DNA of 64,000 nt from Rhina ancylostomus (Eukaryota), in NCBI GenBank assembly GCA_030265395.1, contig JARFYF010000055.1, forward strand, positions 22,833,445-22,897,444, read 5' to 3'. The notes under the pieces are model-generated. The model was not told the DNA's origin, searched no databases, and was given only the letters and a program-made list of their open reading frames with translations. Numbering within the stretch: the first letter of the stretch is position 1; each line of letters opens with the position of its first letter. Of this stretch, positions 60,621 through 64,000 are shown in pieces. A program made the position numbers and the translations under genes.

Positions 60621-63600
60621 GCAGATTAAGGCTCATTTACTGTCCCGTTCCTTTACAGAGTCAAGAACAGGATTCTCATTTCTGACCGGGTCAGAATGAT
60701 AGAGGCACAAGAAGAGTGAAGATGCAGCTGATGACAGTTCTGAAGATACTAACATTACTGCGTGATACTGCAACATCACATTTACTTGTGGGCACCTTAC
60801 TAAGAAATGAACCATATAATACATTATATACACAATACCATATATACAATTCTTTCATTGTAGAAATTAACCATATATACATTATACAACATTGAAAAGA
60901 TACATGAAATTAGGTCTGTACATTTTTAATAATAGTTCCCAAAATAGGTTCACAACAACTGTCCAAATAGAAATCAAGAATTGTGAAAATATTACTGAAC
61001 TTACACTGACTAAAACATTTTCCACATTTATCCCATGTGTTCTTCCTGCTTTACAATAAAGGTGTGTTTGCTTAAAGAATATGTCATAATATATCCTTTA
61101 GGATATTTGCACTGTTATTTCCAAAATATTACAGGATAATTTAATGTGAGAGGCAATATTTAATGGGAAAAGAATAAAGTTTTTTTAATAAGTTGGTAAT
61201 TCAAGCACTTTTTAAAAGAAAGATCAAAAGTGATCTTCTTTATAAAGTTTGACCAGAATGATTACATTCCATAACATAACTCAATGCAAAGGCTGAGACT
61301 TTGATTCTGGCTTTTATTTTCCAGTTACAGAGGCTTTTTTTTTCCCTGAGGTTAGGCTCCCTTCAATGTGAGCTCTGTGATCCCTTCATCTCCCTCTCCA
61401 TGGCAACCATCAGCATCCTGGCAAAAACGCACCTCACCCAGACAAGGGCATATTCTTCCCCATCCAGCATCTGGACACTTTTAACAAACTTACTGCTTGT
61501 CCCTCGACCACAACAGGCCTTGCACTTCCGCCTGCTTCAGTTGAAAGTAAAATATGAGCTTTTGATGTTTTGCAATTAGAAATATCACAAGTAATGCACT
61601 TTCTGTGGTGGTAGAAAACTGCAGCAAAAACATATTTCCCAACTGATAAGATAGCAATCGAGCTACTCAAAATATCAACCATGGTTTGTTATATGGTAGG
61701 AAATAAAGACACTGATGCATTTTAATGAAATATTGCAATAAAACAATCAACCAACAAAAATAATGTATTTCCTCTTGTACATTACAAATTGCTGAATTGC
61801 TGTTAGTGAATTATTTCATACTTTATGCAGAAACATTTAAAATTGTATTGGCCAGTGAAGCAATTTGAGAGGAGTGAAGAAATTAATTAATCATCTCTAA
61901 CACCCAGGCCCAACATTACATTTGAAAATATATTGCCAGCGATAAGTCTGCTCTGCTTGCTTTAAAATATATAAATGAACAAAGCTTCCTTTGTTGATTT
62001 CTGGTCAGTTCAGTAAGTCTCACAATCAGAAGACCACTTTCATGAAATTAGGTTGATTTGCAAAACAAATCGCAGTATCACGAGGATTTAGCCAGAGCTA
62101 ATGGAACTCTTTTCTTGCTCTGTCAGAATAAAAAAGATTCTGGATGTCAGGGAGTCCTGCAGTGAGTGATACCTGGATACCAGAGGTTGTAGCCTCAGAT
62201 ATACACGGAGCACCATAGCACATGATGGTGATTCCTGTGATTTGAATTGAGCTGATAATAGTGGCAGAACAGTCGCTACCATACCATCATAGTTTGGGTG
62301 AACCCTGCAGCAAACCCGAAGCAGATTTCCAATCTGGATTGCAGACTTTCCAAGACTTTGGGCTTTTGAGAAGTATGGAATTAGAAATTATTTCAACCAC
62401 CTTTTCAACATGAATTAAGGTGTTTAATTCATTCTATAATTTTCAAGCAACAGATGACCAAATAATGGTCAGAAATTTGAAATGTTGGTTAAAATTGATT
62501 GATACCATGAGCAGAACTAGACACTCATAGCATGAGGTAAATATTATTCCATTAATTTTTAATTTAAGTCATCAAAGAAAAAGCTATTTATTTTAATCTG
62601 TCCACTTCATCCGCAATAATTTAGAACAGTCTTCTAAATTTTACTTCAACTAAATTAATCAGGGGGTTTTGTTTTGCAATGATTCCATGCAGTATGACAT
62701 AACAGGTCCTTTGGGACAATTAAAGTGAGGCACCTTTAAGACAGGTTCTGAAGGACAGGAACCAACATGCATGTCCTTCTCAGCCCTTACAAGTCTCAGA
62801 AATTCACCAAATGGTGTCAGCTTTTCAGACCTCATTGCTGATTTTCCAATGGCTCAATGAGTTTGACTGGTAGGGAGATGACTTCCATAGACAGGGAAGA
62901 CCTTGGTCTGATCCCTGGTCTATGAAGTTAGCTAATCTGTGGGTGATAACAAAAGTTGTCTGTAAAGAACAGAACTGTACTCAGCTGCATAGAATACAAT
63001 GGTAAGGAGCCCAGCTACACTCACTGTTACAGTTCACAATTATAATGGTCATTTAACCAAGATAACAGAAGGAAATCAATTAAGGGCCACCTGTACTTCA
63101 AAGGGAACTTTCATGTCAGGAGAAAACCTCCAGCAAACAACAGCATAATGTGGTGACAGAGGTGTCATTCCTGGTCTGAGTTTATGACTTTTATAACATA
63201 AACCTGACCAACAGTAAGCAAAGCTGGAGCTTTACATTAATCAATATCAAACAGCATTGTCAGCAGCTATGCAATTTTTATGATATGTATACTTCTTCAT
63301 TAAAATCACCTGAGGCTTATTTCTATTATCTTGTTTGCACAAATTGACTGAGTCATCTTAGTTCACTGCAATTGATTCTATTGCAATTGTAAGGGATTTT
63401 CTCTTCCATATCTACCTCTCCTCCTTCTGATTTATTCCTCTCATCTATGGATATACCACAGGATGCACATCTACTTCTATTGATAACACAGCAGTTCGTC
63501 ACTCTGGCAGCAACAATGTTCAAATATGGTCATCACCTCATATTGTATATAGCTTGAGAGAGACTGGTAACCTCACTTNNNNNNNNNNNNNNNNNNNNNN

Positions 63601-64000
63601 NNNNNNNNNNNNNNNNNNNNNNNNNNNNNNNNNNNNNNNNNNNCTCAGTCGGGAACTTTAGTCTCAGATTATCACCCCATTTATGAAGATTGATTTCTCC
63701 ACTCCATATAATATATAAAATATTTTAAAATTATATTATTTCAAAATATATCAGCATTCTCCTAAAAGATGTATCAAGGATCCTGAAGTCTAAAACCATT
63801 TTACAGTAGTATTAGGTTTTCTGATGGTTACAATCAAGAAGAACTCCAACAGTTTTTACTATAGCAGTGTGCAACTGATCACCTTAGAAGGAGCAAAAGA
63901 GATCTAGTTTTACGGTTCTCACCTCCACTGTCAAGAGTTGTTAAGAGTGAGGTTCTGGGAACCATCAAAAACTGGAGAGTTTACCACCTTGATTTTATAA

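Larger units (their letters stand above)
5661..63643. other. Twelve assembly gaps (N runs)
   Basis: About 5661-5760, 17827-17926, 28274-28373, 29521-29537, 31689-31788, 38668-39017, 40064-40156, 43969-44068, 45240-45446, 52193-52234, 58984-59351 and 63580-63643; several are exactly 100 N (placeholder size). Confidence 0.98.

Noticed and set aside
1-64000. CRISPR arrays, operons, rRNA or other prokaryotic systems
   Set aside because: The sequence is vertebrate genomic DNA; no regularly spaced repeat-spacer array, rRNA or gene-dense region was seen.

Overview
Eukaryotic, AT-rich, repeat-dense genomic DNA from a draft assembly with 12 N-gaps. The repeat complement (V-SINE/HE1-type tRNA-SINEs, a Deu-domain SINE, CR1/HER1-like, RTE, Rex1/Babar and L2 LINE fragments, Penelope-like elements, one decayed Gypsy) points to a cartilaginous fish, probably a ray/batoid. 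This is inferred from recalled repeat families; no search was run. I could not recognise a host protein-coding gene: nearly all ORFs in the track are decayed retroelement pieces, gap artefacts or chance ORFs, so the window looks intronic or intergenic. Most interesting observations: (i) about nine copies of a minimal hammerhead-ribozyme-like motif in Penelope-derived terminal repeats, several of these repeats arranged as inverted pairs; (ii) a let-7 8mer site kept just after the stop codon in two divergent Rex1/Babar subfamilies; (iii) candidate enhancers (perfect DR4 plus E-box, a POU-motif cluster, a CRE-containing CpG-retaining block); (iv) weak orphan exon candidates. Repeat boundaries were read by eye and are approximate (roughly +/-20 bp or worse).
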